Positions 25,502 through 38,900 of a stretch of DNA of 64,000 nucleotides are shown here, piece by piece (positions within the stretch are counted from its first letter, which is position 1; every line of letters begins with the position of its first letter). The notes beneath the pieces were generated by a model. The model was given only the letters and a program-made list of their open reading frames with translations. It ran no database searches and had not been told where the DNA came from. Origin of the DNA: Selaginella moellendorffii (lineage: Eukaryota; Plantae; Lycopodiophyta); assembly GCF_000143415.4 (NCBI RefSeq), contig NW_003314281.1, positions 2,085,882 to 2,149,881 on the forward strand. Direction: 5' to 3'. The translations under genes were made by a program, and so were the position numbers.

Positions 25502-26027
25502 ATAGGAATTGGAAATTGACTGCTGTTCAGTGTGATTATTAAGATTTGTTTGATGTCAATACTCTGTATCCTCTTGAATATTACTATATGCTATATGTAT
25601 GCTGGTGCTGGCTAGTGTCTTCAACGTTATCATTGTACGTGGAATATGTATGTCTGTGTCGAATAGCATTCAGTACATGTCGAAGGCGTGACATTATTTT
25701 GAACAGTTTCTTTTGGAAATGGAGATCAATTATTAGGGCAGATAGAAAGCAAAAGATATTTACTGAGGGGTATGGACAGGCATAAAAACTAACCTTTTCA
25801 ATGCAATCGGGTGATGCCAAAAAAGAGTAGATTGATGTGTGTTACCTGATACAGTGTCTTCTCGCAAGACTTATATTTTTTCTACCTCACTGCGAGCGCC
25901 ATGTTTGATCCACCAAATTGGGATCTGCGAGGCGCACGCTCCAATTGATCAGCCTGGGAATTCATGGAGCAGTGTGGCGCCTCAGATCTGCGAGCTCAAA
26001 TGGAGGATCATCCCGTCACGTGGCAGC

Positions 26028-26110
26028 GATTGCAGATGTAGATGTTGTCAGGCTTCACATCCAGGTCAGCAAGGCTGTGCTGAGTGAATGTGCTTCAAAG
26101 CATTTAAGAG
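26028..26110 (-). pseudogene. Captured WEE1-like protein kinase fragment (subdomain VIa-VIb) inside the Helitron
   Basis: Minus strand reads LLNALKHIHS / +1 frameshift / HSLADLDVKPDNIYICN. This resembles plant WEE1 (ALHFVHEKGIAHLDVKPDNIYIKN, recalled). Confidence 0.65.
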
Positions 26111-26700
26111 CTTAAATCACCTCGTCCCATTTCCTGGCAGTGGAGTAAGAATGAAGATCATACAAATTCTATGCACCACAAATACCTTTCTTTGATGGAA
26201 CTCCTCACAAATAACAACTTGCGATGGGGTTCTCATGAGCAAAGACACCAGCGTTGACACAGTGCCTCCAATTTGGATTGCGAATCGGCAGTAGTGGCAG
26301 GGGCTCTCTCGCCGTCTCAAAAACCCTAGAAAAACATACAAAACAAAACCAATTCGCTTGACAGGCCACGACACGTGTTGCTGGGCCTTCCTCTCTCGCC
26401 ACACATGGCTTGGCTGCCTCCCATTGGCCAGGAGCAAACATCAGCGCGATTATTTGCTAACATGTGGTTAAAGAAATAACCCCTTTACAGTTACCCCCCC
26501 ATCGGACGGCCCCGATTGGCCAGATCCAGCGGCCCACAAAGTTCGGCATTTGCTCCTTATAGTAGTAGATTAGTTATTTGCCCACCTATGAGACCGATGG
26601 ATTATAATAAGCTGTTTTGATAATCTTGTGAGCTATTAGTTTGCTGAACTCCTCATTGCAAGAATTAAAAAAACTTGAGGTTTAAGATTTAATGGTATGA

Positions 26701-27741
26701 ATGGATCTGGTGCGGGCAGCTGTTCATGTTTCAAGGGCAGACTTGCCTCACGATGTCACAGCTGAAGATTTGGAGCAGGCACAGGCGCTGGTGACCTATG
26801 CAAAGAGCAACTTCCTTTTTGGCGTGCCTGTTGTGGATTCTTTAGTGGCTTTGCTCTACCTCTCCAGACGCCTCTATGGGAATGTTTGCGAAGTGCAGGC
26901 TTGCAGCGCCTCTTCGCGTGTTCACAGAACAGGTGCACTGTCTCGTCTCCTTCAGCGATCGTCTGGAAGCTGCCAATCTAACAGACTGGAGAATGTGATG
27001 CATTGCCTCGGTCTGGGTTTCCTTGCCTCCATCAAAGATATCTCTCATATGGTGTTGCAGTGTCGTCTGAATGTGAAGACATCCTGGACTGGGAGAAGCG
27101 TGCTTTTGGGGATCACGAAAGTATCAACACTCGACCTCTTGAACCTGCCAGAGCTCCTGCAGGCCTGCACTTAGGTGGGAAAATTGCTTGTCATTTCTTT
27201 TACTTACCGTGTGAAAGTTCTTCAGATGCTATCAAAGTTGCAGGAAAAGACAACTTCAGAAAAAAATATTTGATCAACAGTTAAAACCTAATAACACTGT
27301 CTTACCTTGCTCTAATGTATTTTTCCAACAGGCACAGGTAAGCGTGATCATCTTGCTCGTTATGTTGCTGAACTATGTTCACTTGGCAGAATTCCAAAGT
27401 TCTTCGATCTAAGATTACTTTGTCTCTCTGCCTTCCAGAGCCCAGGTATTTTCATCTAAGTTACAAGCTGATGATCTTCGGATGCAGGGTGACGCACGCT
27501 GTAAATGTTGGGGTCCATCGACCACGAGCTCGGTCTGAACGATCATCTAGCAGATCAGCTTCTAGAGTGCTTACGGGAGCTCGTTGTCTCCACATATAGC
27601 CAAGTTCAACACGATGAAAAGGAATGGGATTTTATCGACAAGGGGTGCTTAGTGCCTCTTACCGTTGCAGAGGCACGTAAATTCCTGGCAGCAGTACAAT
27701 TCGACGTCTCATTATCGAGCATTCTTTTCCGAGCGTCTTGA
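26701..27741 (+). CDS. Putative spliced gene or gene remnant, unknown product
   Basis: Several coding-like + strand segments (MDLVRAAVHV...; RDHLARYVAELCSLG; MLGSIDHELGLNDHL...) with candidate splice sites. No family recognised. Confidence 0.3.
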
Positions 27742-28397
27742 TGTCACATGAGATGGTTGTGACCGACGGCGCAGAGCGTCCCTGGCTTTTTCCGGACCCA
27801 CGGTTCTTTATTGTCTGCCTCTAACTTGTAAATTTCTGTTATTGTGTTTTCTGCTATAGTGCTCACCTTGTATTTCAGATGCATTAAGACAGTAGACATT
27901 GTCCTGCATGTGGTAAGTCCGACCCTTTCAATATGCTTTTGAAGATAACAGTGACTGCAGGTTTGAGGCAGGAACAAGTTTATTGCACATGAGGCCTGAA
28001 GATTTTGTTTCTGCTGGAGCACCAGAGAATTCCAAGCCATGTTGTTTCCATTGGTTGTGGAACATTTGCAGACTCCAGCAAGCGTGCTACATTCATCTAG
28101 TCGTTGGCTCTCCATAATGCTCGAGAAGTATGGCAAGATGGAGATATCAGGCAAGCCAGAGCAGAAAGAGCTATCAATAGAATCCTTGGCACGGGGAGCT
28201 GGGAGATATAGGTAGGCATGTTTATTGAAAAGATGAATAAATAAAATACTAATAGCTAAATTTAATTGTAACTTGTTCACACCAGAAATTAACATTAAAG
28301 TAAGCTAATGTTATAATTAGCATTTTTTTTGCATTTTGTAGCATTACAATTAAATTATTCTATGAATATTCTATAGGGCTTTCACTTGCGATGCTGT

Positions 28398-28616
28398 AGA
28401 AGCAATTCAAGCACTGGTTGTCAATCACAAGTCCGAGGCATCGGCGGTAGTGATCAATGCACTGCCACAGCTGGAGTGTTGTCGTTCAGCATGGGGCTGG
28501 ACAAGATTGGCCTCAAAAAGTGCAAGGTGTGTCGTGTGGTGGTCACCAATATGCCCAATATGCTCATGGATGAGACGGCCAATCTCGCAATGGTGCTACT
28601 GCTGAGGACAATGTAA
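28398..28616 (+). pseudogene. Fragment of hydroxy(phenyl)pyruvate/glyoxylate reductase (D-2-hydroxyacid dehydrogenase, HPR2/HPPR-like)
   Basis: EAIQALVVNHKSEASAVVINALPQLE / frameshift / SFSMGLDKIGLKKCK...VVVTNMPNMLMDETANLAMVLLL aligns by eye with HPR2-type LPNLEIVSSFSVGLDKIDL...VTNTPDVLTEDVADLA. Confidence 0.7.
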
Positions 28617-29994
28617 TGGATTTACTTGGCGGATTACTACATTCACTGTTCTTTTCTGGGGTAGCAGTTGTTAAAAGAAACAAAGCTTTACTAGGAAAAT
28701 GAAGATTTCCCCCTCTCACACAAGGTAAAGCTCTTGATTCCTGGAAAGTTTCATGATTTCTTGCTTATAGAATCCTTCCTCTTTCATAGAGATCTTTGTT
28801 TTTGAAATGCTAGTGATCAAGGAAGTTCTTGCTTCGTGCTTCTTGTAATTTCTCCCTCTCACACAAGGGAAATTTTGATTCCTTGCTCCTCTCTTCCATC
28901 CCATACTTGCATTCCCGCGAGATCTTTGTTCTTGTGGTAGTCGCCACCTCTAAATCCATGTTAGGTATAACTTAGTGTGAACAAAGCACGAGTGTGGCAT
29001 TATACAAAGTTTTTATTTAAATAATATTGATGTAAAAAGAATAACATTAAACTTTTAAATTAGGTTAAAATCCTCTAATTCTAAGTTAATGGTCTAAGTT
29101 TGTCAATCTGTATAGGAGGCTTGCTTTCTCTCTGTCCTGCTCGATTTCACGCTGGGGAAGTGTTTGAGTGTAGACCCTTAGTAATCTTAATAATTTGAGC
29201 AGCAACGTGGTTTGCTTTAAGAGACTCACGAGCATACAAACAAGTGGTTGGCCCATGAAAAAACTTCTAAAGTAAAAGAAAATAAAAATTAGTTGTGAAC
29301 ACTTACCAAGATCAAGAGCATTTTCAACATTCCATCACCTCAAACTTCTCAAAAATTTGCTGTAGTGACAGATACTGATACTAGTTCTTGCATGTATGAA
29401 ACCTCTTGAGCTGTAAGAAGAAATTAATACATTTTTAGTCTTAAAATTAAACACAGAGATATGTGGCTGCCAATGGCTTGAAAAACTCCTGACTGGCAAA
29501 CAGCTGTAAATCCTTTGTCTGAAGCTACAACAATTTCTAATAGCATCAACAGAAACATCCCTGTTTTTAACAAAATTTTGTACTGAGCACCTCCATGTAT
29601 ATAGGAACTTTATTGATGACACCACTTATGATGCAAGCTTAGGAATTATATAAACCATGGCAAGTATAAAGTGGTTCTACATCCATATATCTTTGTAAAG
29701 TGCCATGGCTCCTGCTGGACTGTCAATCAACTGGATTGCTCAGGATAGAGTTCTCTATTAGTCAATTTTACAGCAGAGCGAGAAAATGAAGTATTTATTT
29801 CACAAACAATTGATGAACTGGAAGTTGATGGTGTAAAACACCTTGTGGACGGCTTGTGCATCACCTCTAGCACAAAGTTGGTGGTGAGAAAGATATTTAC
29901 TTTACTTGAAATAGTGCACCTTACATAGCACTTTCTTATTGTTTATTATTTTATAATATTTACTATTTAAATATTGTTAATACTAGTTTATGAA

Positions 29995-31618
29995 TCATCT
30001 CAGACTCCTTCCATGTGTTATGTGTTGATTCGCTTGTGTCCCTTTTCTAGAGACTCACTTATTGCTCTCTTCGTGTTTGTTCCTCGAACCCTTCATTGGG
30101 AAGTTCCACTCCCGCTCTCGACCTCAAGTTGAAGCTTTTAGTCCAAACGTGTTATGCTCATTTGGCTTTCGCTTTAGCCACCACCACGTGGTGCCCTTTT
30201 AGCTCCACTTTGGGGCTTAGGGATTTGTGTCTCACACTAATTTGATCATAGCATCTTTCATGGCCAATATCATGGAACTTGTCCACCAGATTCATAACAA
30301 CCCGGGCCACATTCTACACTTTGGAGGCATTTCATCCTAGCTCTCGGGTCCTTCTTGAACTTCATCTCGGACTCATCCCTACTATAATTTTGGAACCCCC
30401 TATACCCCCCCCCTGGGGGACGATCGCTTTGGGCTTTCACCCAACAGCTTGTATTAGTATTCGGAATAGGATTTGGACTCGGACTCGGACTCGGTCCCAG
30501 TCTCGGCCTTGGACTCGGACTCAGTCTTGGTCTTGGTCTTGGTCTCGGTCTCGGTCTCGGTCTTGGTTCCATCTCGAACTCCATCTCAGGTCCACATCTT
30601 GGACTCCATCTTGGGTCCATCTCAAACTCCATCTCAGGTCCATCTTAGACTCCATTTCGGACTCCAAGTGTGGGGGTTGGAGCCCAGTGGAGCCAGTTTG
30701 GCCAGGAAAGGCCAGTTTGGCCAGGAAAGGCCAGTTTGGCCCAGAAAGGCTGTACCCAGGTGTTGGGTGATGAACTGACCATTGGGAACTCCAAGACTAA
30801 AGTGAATACAGATCAACAAGCAGGGTAGCTTGGTGAAGTGTTCAAGAGCCGATTTTAGTTCCCCCGGGACATTGAATAGTCAATGCTCCCAATCCAAGCG
30901 TGGGTGGCACTATATACTTGGATACCTAGCGTGGTTTAACAAAACCCTACTCTAAGCCCATGGTTAGAGCACCTAAAGGCAGAAGGTGGGGAGAGTACCC
31001 ATGAGGCTTGCATAGAGCTACAGTGTTCCAAAATGTTGTTCCAAAGTCCTAGACTATGGAAAGGAAGAGGAGCAATCCTCTAATGTGGTGACCAAGAATG
31101 TGGTCTTGTGGTGAGGAAGTTCCAGAGGACAGTGGGACTTAGTGGTCAAGCTTATGGGCCTTGTCCCAAGGGCAATATTGGGAAATATGGCCATGGACAG
31201 AAAAGAGACTTGGTGGGGACTATAAAAGGGATATTGGGGAAGGTTATCCCCCATGTCTGTGGGCATCCTAAGGATGCTAAGAAGTGGATCTGGGATGACC
31301 ACATATGGATGGATGACCTAGTTTTTGAGAGATGAGACTGTGATGCTAGTGGTGTTGGACCATCGGCGTGACTAAGGTGAATGGGCATGGCCTTAGCGTA
31401 ACGGGTTGGTATGTTGGTGGTACTTTAGGGTGTCGGTCATAGGATTAATGTGGAATACTTGGACTAAGTGCAAAGGTTGAGTGGCATGGATGCCATCCTC
31501 GGGGTTAGCAAGCCCCAAATCCTGAATTGAACTTATGGAGGTTGTGAATGAAACTCCTCCAAGTGCTCGGAGGTGTGGTTAAGTCACTAAAGTAGAATGG
31601 AAAAATTAGCCATTTACA
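29995..31618. mobile_element. Scrambled copy of the 1.7-kb solo LTR family: 3' part forward, middle forward, 5' part inverted
   Basis: ~29995-30236 matches 52590-52830 and ends in GTCTCACA. ~30380-30670 matches the GGACTC middle segment. ~30685-31618 is the reverse complement of ~51101-51885 and ends in TTTACA. Confidence 0.8.
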
Positions 31619-32527
31619 ATTAAATGATGCTTCAACAAGAATCCTATGGTTGTAGTGGGCTGGTGTCACCTCCTAGTTCTAGAAAGGTTGGAGAAGAAAA
31701 CTAAGCTGTTTGAGGAATGAATTTACCATTATTGCAATCTTTTGTCATTGTGTACGTGCTCACAAGATCATATGATAAAGTATATGTGCCTTGGAGGATT
31801 TCCTACCAAGGTAAAGTAAGTATAACATCATAGACAATATGGTGGATATGATCACCAAGAAAAAATGAAATGTCCCTTTCCACAAGTTCAAAACTTTGTT
31901 GCTGATACAAATGCTTAAGAGGCTTTCTCATGTTGAAGAGTAGGGATCTCATCTGGTGGCCATGGCTGCACATTTGTGGGTTGGTTCTGACTCTCCACAT
32001 ACTCAAGATTTGCCTCCTCTACTCCCAAGGGCATGTCCAAGTTAGCATCATGAGTCTCAATGAAGGATGACGAGCGAGAGCTAGGAAGAATCACATCTGA
32101 CACCTCCAGCTGCATGAAGGAAGCTTGTGTCTTCTTGTGTCCCCCCATCTTGACTTGAGGTAGAAAAGTCACTCCTCAAAGTTGCCATTGCATTTTGGCT
32201 CTCCTCCTCCTTGGGTATTTGTAGAATATATGGAATCTTGACTGGATCTCATGTTTTTTCTGAGCCTAAGTGAGTGTGATCGGTCATAGTAGATAGAGGA
32301 GAAGTCCAAGGGTGAGACTATCTAGACTAAATGAAAAAGTTAGATCATGTTGCACTCCAACATTATAAACTCTAGCATGGTATCATTGATGGGACTTGTT
32401 AGCCAAGATGGAGACTCTGGTTTAGCTAGTGTCAACTATGACACTTTCTGGGATTCTAGAGTCTATCCTTTTGCATTGAGAATAGTCATTTGCTCATTGC
32501 CTCGAGCACTCTCTAGTCAAGTAGTTG

Positions 32528-34189
32528 TGTAAGCAACTAAATTTTTCATTCTATTTTAATTACTTCACCACACCTTTGACCACTTAGAGGAGTCTCACTC
32601 AGCACTTCCATAAGTCTTATTCCCAACTTAGGGACATGCTAGCCCCATAAATGGCATTTATGCCACTCAGCCTTTATGCTTGGTCTAAGTGCTCCACGTG
32701 TTCAATCCCATGATAAACACCCAAAGGTACCACTAATATATCAATCCGTTACATTAAAGCTATATTTATTCACCTTTGTCTGGAGGTAGTCCAAAACTAC
32801 CCATACTCTCTTAAAGACTAAGCTATCTTCCATGAGTGGTTATCACTTTAGCAAATTTAAGATGCCTGGAGACATAAAGAACAACCTTCCTCAATATCCT
32901 TTTTTCAGTCCCCACTAAGTCTCTTTCCATCCACAGTTGTGCTCGCTAACACTGCCATTAGATTAGGGCTTGAAGACCCAACCACTAGGTCCCATTGACA
33001 TCTAGGACTTCCTTGCCACATGATTATATCCTTGGTTATTACATAAGAGGATTGCACTTTTTTTTTCCCATAATTTGGGACTTTGAGATGACATTTCGAA
33101 ACACTACAACCCAAAGTAAGTCTTGTGGGTACTCTCCTCACCTTCTTCCTTTGGATGCCCTAGTGATGTGGCTAAAGCGAGTTTTTGATGAGCCATGCTA
33201 AGTATCCAAGTAGGGAGAGCCACCCACACTTGGATTAGGAGTATCGACCATTTGATCTTTTGGGGGAGCTAAAGTTGGCTTTTGAACACTTCACCATTTG
33301 TCCATTTATGTTTACTCTAGCCTTAAACTACTCAGTGGTTATATCATCACCCACCATATGGGTATAACCTTCTTTGGTCACATTGGCATTTCTTGACCAA
33401 ATTGGCTCCATAGGAGTCTTCCCCCCACTATACTTTTGGAGCTCACCAAATCCCCTAGGGTTTGGGAGATAATCACTTTGGGCTTTCATCTTTGGACTCG
33501 AACTCAAACTTGGATTCGGTCTCAATCTTGGTCTTGGTCTTGGTCTTGGACTTAGTCTTGGTTTCGGTCTCGACTTCAACTTCAAACTCGACCTCGAACT
33601 CAACCTTAGACCCGCTTTCAGTCTCCATCTCAAACTCAATCTTAGACTCCATCTTGGACTCCATCTTCAATTCATCTTGGACTCCATCTCGAGTCCATCT
33701 TGGGTCCATACTAGACTCCATCATGGATTCCTTTTTGAACTCCTCCTTGAACTCCTTCTTGAACTCCTTTTCAGACTTTTTTTCAGACTCATTCCTGACA
33801 CTTTCATGTGTTAATCCTTCTTATATCCCTTTTTAAAGACTCATTCACTAATTTTTCATGCTCATTCCTAGAGCACTTTGTTCAGAGTTTGTAGCGCACC
33901 TTATCTCTCTCCCCTTAAGCCAACTAAAAAAAGGGCAATTGCTTGATAAGAGAGCCCTTAGTGGCTATTTTATTCGCATTTATCCTCTAAGGTTTCAAGG
34001 ATCCACGGTGACAGTATATCTAAGTCTCATCCCATGATCACATGCGCTATAGAGTTCCACTTTCGCTCTTGACTTTCCAAGTTGGAGCTTTTAGTCCAAA
34101 TATGTTACAGTTGTTGGACTTCCACTTTGACCACTATCATGTGGCACCATTTCAACTCCACTTTAGGGCTTAGGGATTTGTGTCTCACA
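32528..34189. mobile_element. Older solo LTR, same family as 51101-52830
   Basis: TGTAAGCAAC...GTCTCACA termini, colinear with 51101-52830 with many C>T/G>A changes. Flanks AGTTG/AGCTA fit a decayed AGCTG TSD. Confidence 0.85.
33890..34051. mobile_element. 162-bp nested insertion with 9-bp terminal inverted repeats and a 5-bp TSD (tiny solo LTR/TRIM-like)
   Basis: GAGTT|TGTAGCGCA...TGCGCTATA|GAGTT. It is absent from the matching site (GGAGTTCCAC) in the other two LTR copies. Confidence 0.85.
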
Positions 34190-36899
34190 AGCTATTGGTA
34201 TCTTGTTAATGATGATACTAATGAGTTGTTATCTACAAAGGGCTACTACTGCACATGTTGAGAGCACTAGGTCAAAGTGGACATTATGGTGCATGCCAAG
34301 CTTAAAGAACATGTCCTTCTCCACCTCTAAGGCATGGTCAAATACTACTTCACAAGTTTCACGGGCTTCTCATTTGTTGTGAGCCTCTATAGTAATCACA
34401 CATGCCAATGCTTCTTGAACTAGATAGTGTAGTTATTGACACTTTCTTGTGGGCATTTTCTAGAATGAAACAGCTCCATCTAAAGTTGTTGTTCAGTTTT
34501 CTCCACTCCAAATTGCTTGAGAAACTTGTCGATCATTATAGATAGTGACCGTCACTCATCTGGAAGCAAGGAAGGTGCCCAACTACTGCTCTTTCCTTCA
34601 AGGATTTTAGGAATAGTTCTTGGGATACAACATCTTCTGTGATTTGGTTGTACCTCAAGTAAGCTTGAAACTAGTTGACATGATCATGAGCTGAAACACC
34701 TGATTCGGGATAGAACTCTAGAAGGTCCATTGCCCTATGAAGCAAGTGGATAGCTACTATAATTAGTGCAATGTTTTGGTCACTCTCCTCTCTAGAATCT
34801 GTTGTGGATGATGAAGACTCACTTGCTACCAATGTCATTTGGTAGTCAAATTCATGTCTAAGCCTTGAAAACCTTCTTTTGATTCATAGGTGTGTAAGTG
34901 GAGGTCAGACAACAACAATACTTGAACGATGTGTACAAATGGGCATCAAACTCTTGAGATGCACCAAGTGCTGAAATTAAGTACTTGCTATGATGAGTTT
35001 GAAGAACTCAAATCAAGAGGTTTTGTGCTTGCCAAACACACAAAGATTCTCAAATCATACCCTATAATACTCTCTAGCCTCTTATGCACTCACTATATGT
35101 AAAATCTTCTTTTCACTCAAATAAAAGTCTCTCAATCAAGGGAGAAGATTAAACATGAGAGATGAAACAACTATACACACTTTAGGGCAACAAAAGAAAC
35201 CATAAGATGATATAAGGGGCAAGACATCAAGGAATTCACTCATGAAATGAAATAAGACTTAAAACCAAAATGCTCAAGATTCTCATAGCAAGCTCCAAAA
35301 ATCATAAGACTAGATTCATTGAAAATCTACAAATATGCACAACAATCTTGTAAAAAAGATAAACCTAAAAATCTCACTCAAACACATTCAAAACCCTATA
35401 AAATGCGAGGAACATGGGAAGGCATATGCTCCTTGCAAACATATATACTACATCTTCATCAACATCTTGCATCATGATCCTAAAGTGGATATTCATATAC
35501 ACTAAGCAAGCTTTACTATTGCTGAGTTGCAAAAAACTTTTGGAGTTGACTAAATTTTTCAAGACTATTGATGTTTATTCTCTATTAATAATATAAACTT
35601 ATTATACTTTATATAATTAATAAAAAATATTTTATCATTTCACTTTTTATTTCATATACTTGCGAGTTTTTTTTTTGCAATACTGCCCATAGTATTCATG
35701 TGTCTCCATTTCTGTCTTTACCATCTCAAAAAATATTTCATGATAGTTTTTCGGGTGCATGATGTTGTAATGTATCGTGAGAGCATATATACCATCATAT
35801 TGATCATCACCATTATTTCCACCAAAATCCAGAAAATATATAGGGCATTTTTTGAAAATCACAGAATTACAATTTGTAATACCCTCTGTCATTACACTTA
35901 TCTTTAACTCATGATCACTATATTCACTATCCTTTTTTTCTTTCTCTTGTGTGATTTGGTTATGTTGTATAATGGGATAGCTATTACATCTCCTAGCCTT
36001 TGAACCTTGGGAAGAAAGATTGTGAAAATTAAAATTACCATCACTACAACCCAAAGATATTTATATGTATTTCTCTTTCTTTGAATGAGAGTGCAAGTGA
36101 AGATCCATAAATTCTAGATAGTATACTATAACAAACCCCTCAAAAATATATTTTAGAAAAGAATTAAATCTCTCTTATATATGCAATAAACTTACATCAA
36201 CGTTTGTTTTTTTTTTTTCCTTTCAAACAGTTATATGGCCTTATATAGAATCTTAATTCAAATTTAATAATCTTTAAATTTTGACAAACTTAACATTTAC
36301 TAGCCAAAGAGCACATAATACAGATTTAAGGAAGTGACAAGAATACTCTTTTTGCAAATATTTTATTATATGTTCTAACAAACGCCCGCATGTAGTAAAT
36401 ATTTAAATTATTAGAACAAGAAGTGTCCTTTAGAACATTTTTATCTATATAATATATAGAGAGTTATGAAGTTATTAGGTTCACCATAACATTAATATAT
36501 TAAAGTTTATAATATTTATACTAAATTACAATTGAAAATTGAGCTCAACTCTTCAGCTCATGAGCTCAAGTATGGTCCATACTCCGGTATATATGATCAT
36601 TGTTGACGATCATGTTTGTGGTATAGATCAAAGTGACTAATATGCAATGCTAGAGAGATTATTCCAACACTTGAGAAAGTTGGCAGATCACTCCCCTTCT
36701 GTAAAACATGGAGCTAGGGTCGAGCTAAAAGGGCTGCACCATAGCTCATAGATTTAAGTTATTAGAATTTGCCAAGGGTGAAGAAGACTCGGCTCGAGAA
36801 GATGCAATGTCATACCTAAACTACCTCTGGATGCTAGAAAGTTCACTCTGTATCTTAGAACCTTTAGGTATGGTAAAAGGGTGCTAAATTGCCACACAC

Positions 36900-38900
36900 T
36901 TAATCTGTACCGGCATTAAATACCTTGAATACTACAAATGCCTGGTCAAGGCAACTAGATTGACCAAAGTAGTAAGGCTATAAACTTCCCTAAAGTATAG
37001 CAAGAAGAGTCCTTGGCTGAAATAAATGGCCTAGAACCCTATGCCTTGTCCACAAGTTGCTCAAAGTTGCCTAAAATGCCTGTGACAAAAAGAAATAAGT
37101 TTGGTAATGGAAGGAAATGTGAAAGGAAATGTAGGCTGGCTAATAAACTTGCTTTAGTGCAACTCCCTTAACATCCCAGGATGTACCTTAAAGCACATAT
37201 ATAGGAAAGATTTCTTCTTTCCCAAGAAACCCTTACCAAAGTTTATCCTAAAAGAGAAAAATGAGTACCCCAATCTTGATCCTTCACCATTTTGACTGTA
37301 AGTAGGCTCATTGGAAAGAGCTCAACCACATCTACTATACTATTCCAAGAATTTATAATAAAAATGCCATAATATCCCACAAGATCCAAGAAAATATAGT
37401 TCAAAACACCAATATTGTGGAAAAACATCTACATATCACCAATCTAGAATAATACCAAGACACCATTAGTGTTTTTAGAAAGCTTAGGACCAGAAGCACC
37501 TCCAAAAACAAACAACATCCAAAACAAACCTGGAGAAGTGTGAATTTCTTGCTGGAAAGAAGAGTTTCAAACCTATCCAACGTACCTAAGATTAAGCAAA
37601 TCCACTTCAAGACAAATAAAAAATCACTCCTCAAAGTTTGTGACCAAAAGGAAAAGAGATAAATTATGCCATAGAAAGCAATGCACATCACGTTCCATTT
37701 GTTGGGGGAATAAGAAAGTGCTCCCCCAATGCTTTCTCAAACATAAGAAATGCTTCAATGCTCTTTTGTGGGGCAAGGGTTTTATACAAGGAGGATGAGG
37801 AATATTCCAGGAATTGGAATATTCCTTCTCTCACTCTCTCTAAGTGGACACGCCCAAACACCAAGGGAGACACACTCCTTTCAACGGGAGAGACACAAGA
37901 GATGCCAAATGTCACTAATGACGAGGTTTATGGGAGGATTTGAGTTTTCAACAAATGCCCAAGAGATTAGATGTAGTGGAGTCAGAGGCCCTCTTGGAGG
38001 GTGCAGGAACACTGCTTTGGTGGCACCAATAGCTGTTGGAGGATCTGGATTGGGATCCTACAACATGGTGATGAGGGGTGAAATGCTTTTTCTTATATGA
38101 GGTCAAGGAAGCACACAGTGGACTGTTGATGTCCAGAGATGAGGTAAAAGAGGAGATCCCAAAGCTGTGGTAAAAGTGGATAGTGCAAGGAATCAACACA
38201 TAATAGATGGTGGACAAACATGGTGCACTTCTGGAAGCTCCTTGTACAGGAGAAAGTGAAGGTCACTTCGTGGTTGGTAACCAACAACAGTCTCCCGGTT
38301 GGACAGCAGTTTCAAGAAAATGTGAGTTGCAGGTGTAAGGAGTGTGGGGAGATTGTGAAGGTCAGCTATACATTGTGGGAGTTGATGTTGCAAAGGAGGT
38401 GTTATGCCAAATCCTCAAAGAAAGGAAGGAATTGGGAATCACATAGGATTTTGAGGCCCACAATAGGGACATTATCCACTGATTTGAGGGAGTGAGAGGT
38501 CCTGCCCAAGACCTGGTCTTGTGACACATCAGATGTAGGGGACAACATGGTTGGGGCATCCAGGTCCGTTGGAATGTGACTTGTGCAGAGATAGGGGTTC
38601 TCGTGTGGGCCATGCTAGATGGCCAATATGGTGCATGATAGGGGTTCAGGCTTTGTGGGAAGCACACAACCAAATGCACTTCGATGGTGTCCAGGTCAGA
38701 GTATCAGTGGTGATAGTGAAATGGTGGAGACTCGTGTTAGCAGCAGTATGGCTACACTATGCTATTCTTCAAGATAAAGGGAAACCAGCAAGGCTAGAGG
38801 AGTGGCAAAGAGCATAGCTATCTTGTTTCGGCGATGGTGACAAGGAGGAGATTTGTTGGAGATGGCACACCCCAGAGTTAATCTTGCGGTTTGCATGAAA
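36900..38900. mobile_element. Degenerate L1-type LINE 3' remnants (zf-RVT-like region)
   Basis: + strand WKLL...KVKVTSWLVTNNSLPVG...CRCKECGE and WPIWCMIGVQALWEAHNQMHFD resemble the LINE C-terminal zinc-binding region and LWxxRN motif. A weaker opposite-strand remnant may lie at ~36900-37700. Confidence 0.5.

Larger units (their letters stand above)
21168..26569 (-). mobile_element. Helitron (~5.4 kb) with both termini and a decayed RepHel gene
   Basis: On the minus strand the 5' end is A|TCTACTACTATAA (26569). The 3' end has hairpin CCTAGCattgGCTAGG, then caaataCTAG|T (21168). It is inserted between A and T with no TSD. Confidence 0.9.
31619..35050 (-). mobile_element. Highly degenerate LTR-retrotransposon gag-like remnant, interrupted by a solo LTR
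   Basis: Minus-strand peptides with stops (FQAYLRYNQITEDVVSQELFLKSLKERA...ESVNNYTI*FKK) resemble retrotransposon gag. A degenerate zinc-knuckle tail (YLTREC) lies beside the solo LTR junction. Boundaries are approximate. Confidence 0.4.
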
